Virus record (IMG/VR): IMGVR_UViG_3300024520_000087 | Span: 1-56,483 of that record | Direction: 5' to 3' (one strand) | Length of the DNA: 56,483 nt | DNA from: a virus | Taxonomy: Duplodnaviria > Caudoviricetes | Shown here: one piece after another, positions 55,286 to 56,483 of the stretch | How the letters are laid out: every line of letters begins with the position of its first letter | Position numbering within the stretch: the stretch's first letter is position 1 | Made by a program: the position numbers and the translations under genes | The notes under the pieces: model-generated | The model's database searches: none | What the model was told of the DNA's origin: nothing | What the model saw: the letters and a program-made list of their open reading frames with translations, nothing else

Positions 55286-55996
55286 ATGCGGCCAGATCTA
55301 ATAACACCATGGCCTATCCACGTTGACTATCCTTTGTGGCGGCAACAACTTAAAAAGATTAGAGGACACTTTGATAAAGTAATCATCGTCTTCACTCAAA
55401 TGAATGCCGAAGGAGATTACCGTGAGTTCATAAAAGATTCTCTAGCTGGAGATGATTGTATTATTGTAGACAGTAACAATCTAAAACCTGGTGAGGATTG
55501 GAGAAATGTAGCCACAAATACAGGGTTAGAATACTCACAGTCTGATTGGGTTTTCTTCACAGAGGAAGACTTCTTCATAAACGATATGGATAGGTTCTGG
55601 GAACTCGTTAACAGTTTGGTTGACGCAGGAGTTAAGGCTATCGGATATTTCCAATCAGGTGACAGATTCCACCCATGCTGCTTATTTGTAGAGAGAGAAA
55701 CAATCAACGCAACCCAAAGGGATTTCGGTGTACGTCCTGATGTCTCAGACCACTTTTCAATATTCACCCAAGATCTTCTTAATAATAAAGTTCCTGTTGG
55801 TTACATCACAGAGCCAATGAGAATGAGTATCTTTTACCATTTAAACGGCCTCTCTCAAAACATATATTTACTACAGTCAGGTGAAGTTCCTAACTACGAC
55901 CCACCTAGTTTTAAGAAATACATGGAGGATTGCCTACTAGTAAGCCCTATACATGAAGACTTTATTAAAATGGCTAAGGAGTATCTACATGAGTAG
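55286..55996 (+). CDS. GT-A fold glycosyltransferase (paralogue of the previous gene)
   Basis: DYP.WRQ, DWR, SDWVFFTEEDFF, HPCCL, DHF, YHLNGL. Confidence 0.72.
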   Translation: MRPDLITPWPIHVDYPLWRQQLKKIRGHFDKVIIVFTQMNAEGDYREFIKDSLAGDDCIIVDSNNLKPGEDWRNVATNTGLEYSQSDWVFFTEEDFFINDMDRFWELVNSLVDAGVKAIGYFQSGDRFHPCCLFVERETINATQRDFGVRPDVSDHFSIFTQDLLNNKVPVGYITEPMRMSIFYHLNGLSQNIYLLQSGEVPNYDPPSFKKYMEDCLLVSPIHEDFIKMAKEYLHE

Positions 55997-56321
55997 TTTT
56001 TGTAGCGTGTGTCAAAACAAAGACGGAGAACCTCTAGAGTTTCCTAGTGTAAAAGAACTTAGCGAGCATCTTAAATCTGGGCACAAACTGGGTAGGCCCA
56101 AACCCAAATCAGTAGCACCTAAGACCGATAAAGGAGGGAAAGTCGCAGTCGCTCCTAAGCCAATAGTTCTCAAGTATAAGTACGAAGGAAAGTGTCCCAC
56201 TTGCCAAAGAGAGGTTGATACCATTAAAGTAGAGATGTCTAAAGACGAACACGTAATGATTGCATTCTGTAATTTCTGTAAGATCCAACCCAAACAAACC
56301 AAAGTAAAACCAATTAAATGA
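55989..56321 (+). CDS. Zinc-finger protein
   Basis: CxxC...H...H followed by two CxxC. Confidence 0.6.
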   Translation: MSSFCSVCQNKDGEPLEFPSVKELSEHLKSGHKLGRPKPKSVAPKTDKGGKVAVAPKPIVLKYKYEGKCPTCQREVDTIKVEMSKDEHVMIAFCNFCKIQPKQTKVKPIK

Positions 56322-56483
56322 AACTAGTAGTAGCATCGAGAAATGGCATAAGCCAAGTAGACACCGAGACTAATATTGTCACTCCGTTCTTTGAAGACTC
56401 CCTCCCAGAAGCTTGGGACGCTTACGGTATTAGCTGGAACCACGAAGGACTATTTGTAATCGTCAGAGTTCAGGGAGGTCTAA
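56318..56483 (+). CDS. 5' part of the beta-propeller gene that continues at the window start
   Basis: ATG 56318 overlaps the previous stop. Open to the window end and in frame with 138..815. Confidence 0.8.
   Translation, partial: MKLVVASRNGISQVDTETNIVTPFFEDSLPEAWDAYGISWNHEGLFVIVRVQGGL
56349..56483. repeat. Direct terminal repeat, right copy
   Basis: Matches 1-135 at 134 of 135 positions. Confidence 0.97.

Noticed and set aside
940-56336. The many minus-strand and nested ORFs in the track
   Set aside because: They are shadows of tightly packed + strand genes and show no recognisable motifs.
1-56483. Stop-codon reassignment
   Set aside because: Conserved genes such as TerL, portal and capsid are full-length under the standard code, and TAA, TAG and TGA all end genes.

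Overview
This window looks like one complete ~56.35 kb circular or terminally redundant dsDNA tailed-phage genome. Bases 1-135 repeat at 56349-56483 with one mismatch, and a gene runs across the join. All credible genes are on the + strand. The structural block is podovirus-like: TerS/TerL, P22-type portal, scaffold, major capsid, adaptor, nozzle, fibres and ejection proteins, with no tape measure. It also carries an amidase/holin lysis cassette, a lambda-O-like initiator with 23-bp iterons, NinG, a T4-like RNA ligase plus PNKP repair pair, and a ~12 kb glycosyltransferase/methyltransferase/epimerase island. I saw no integrase, DNA polymerase, tRNA or CRISPR array. The main find is an operon at 8248-9762: a Phd-like regulator, a stand-alone RAMP/Cas7-like gene, a non-coding array of (GGA-NN) pentamers split into four units by GGCA/AGCA, and a partner gene. 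Reading only the variable NN pairs of unit 2 as codon positions 1-2 gives G-I-V-G-L-P-N-V-G-K-S, the P-loop of the host YchF GTPase. This suggests an RNA-guided system with a wobble-skipping code (VIPR-like) aimed at a conserved host gene. At least seven sigma70-type promoters have an ATG 6-7 nt after the -10 box, implying leaderless mRNAs. All family assignments come from motif recognition by eye; no database searches were run.
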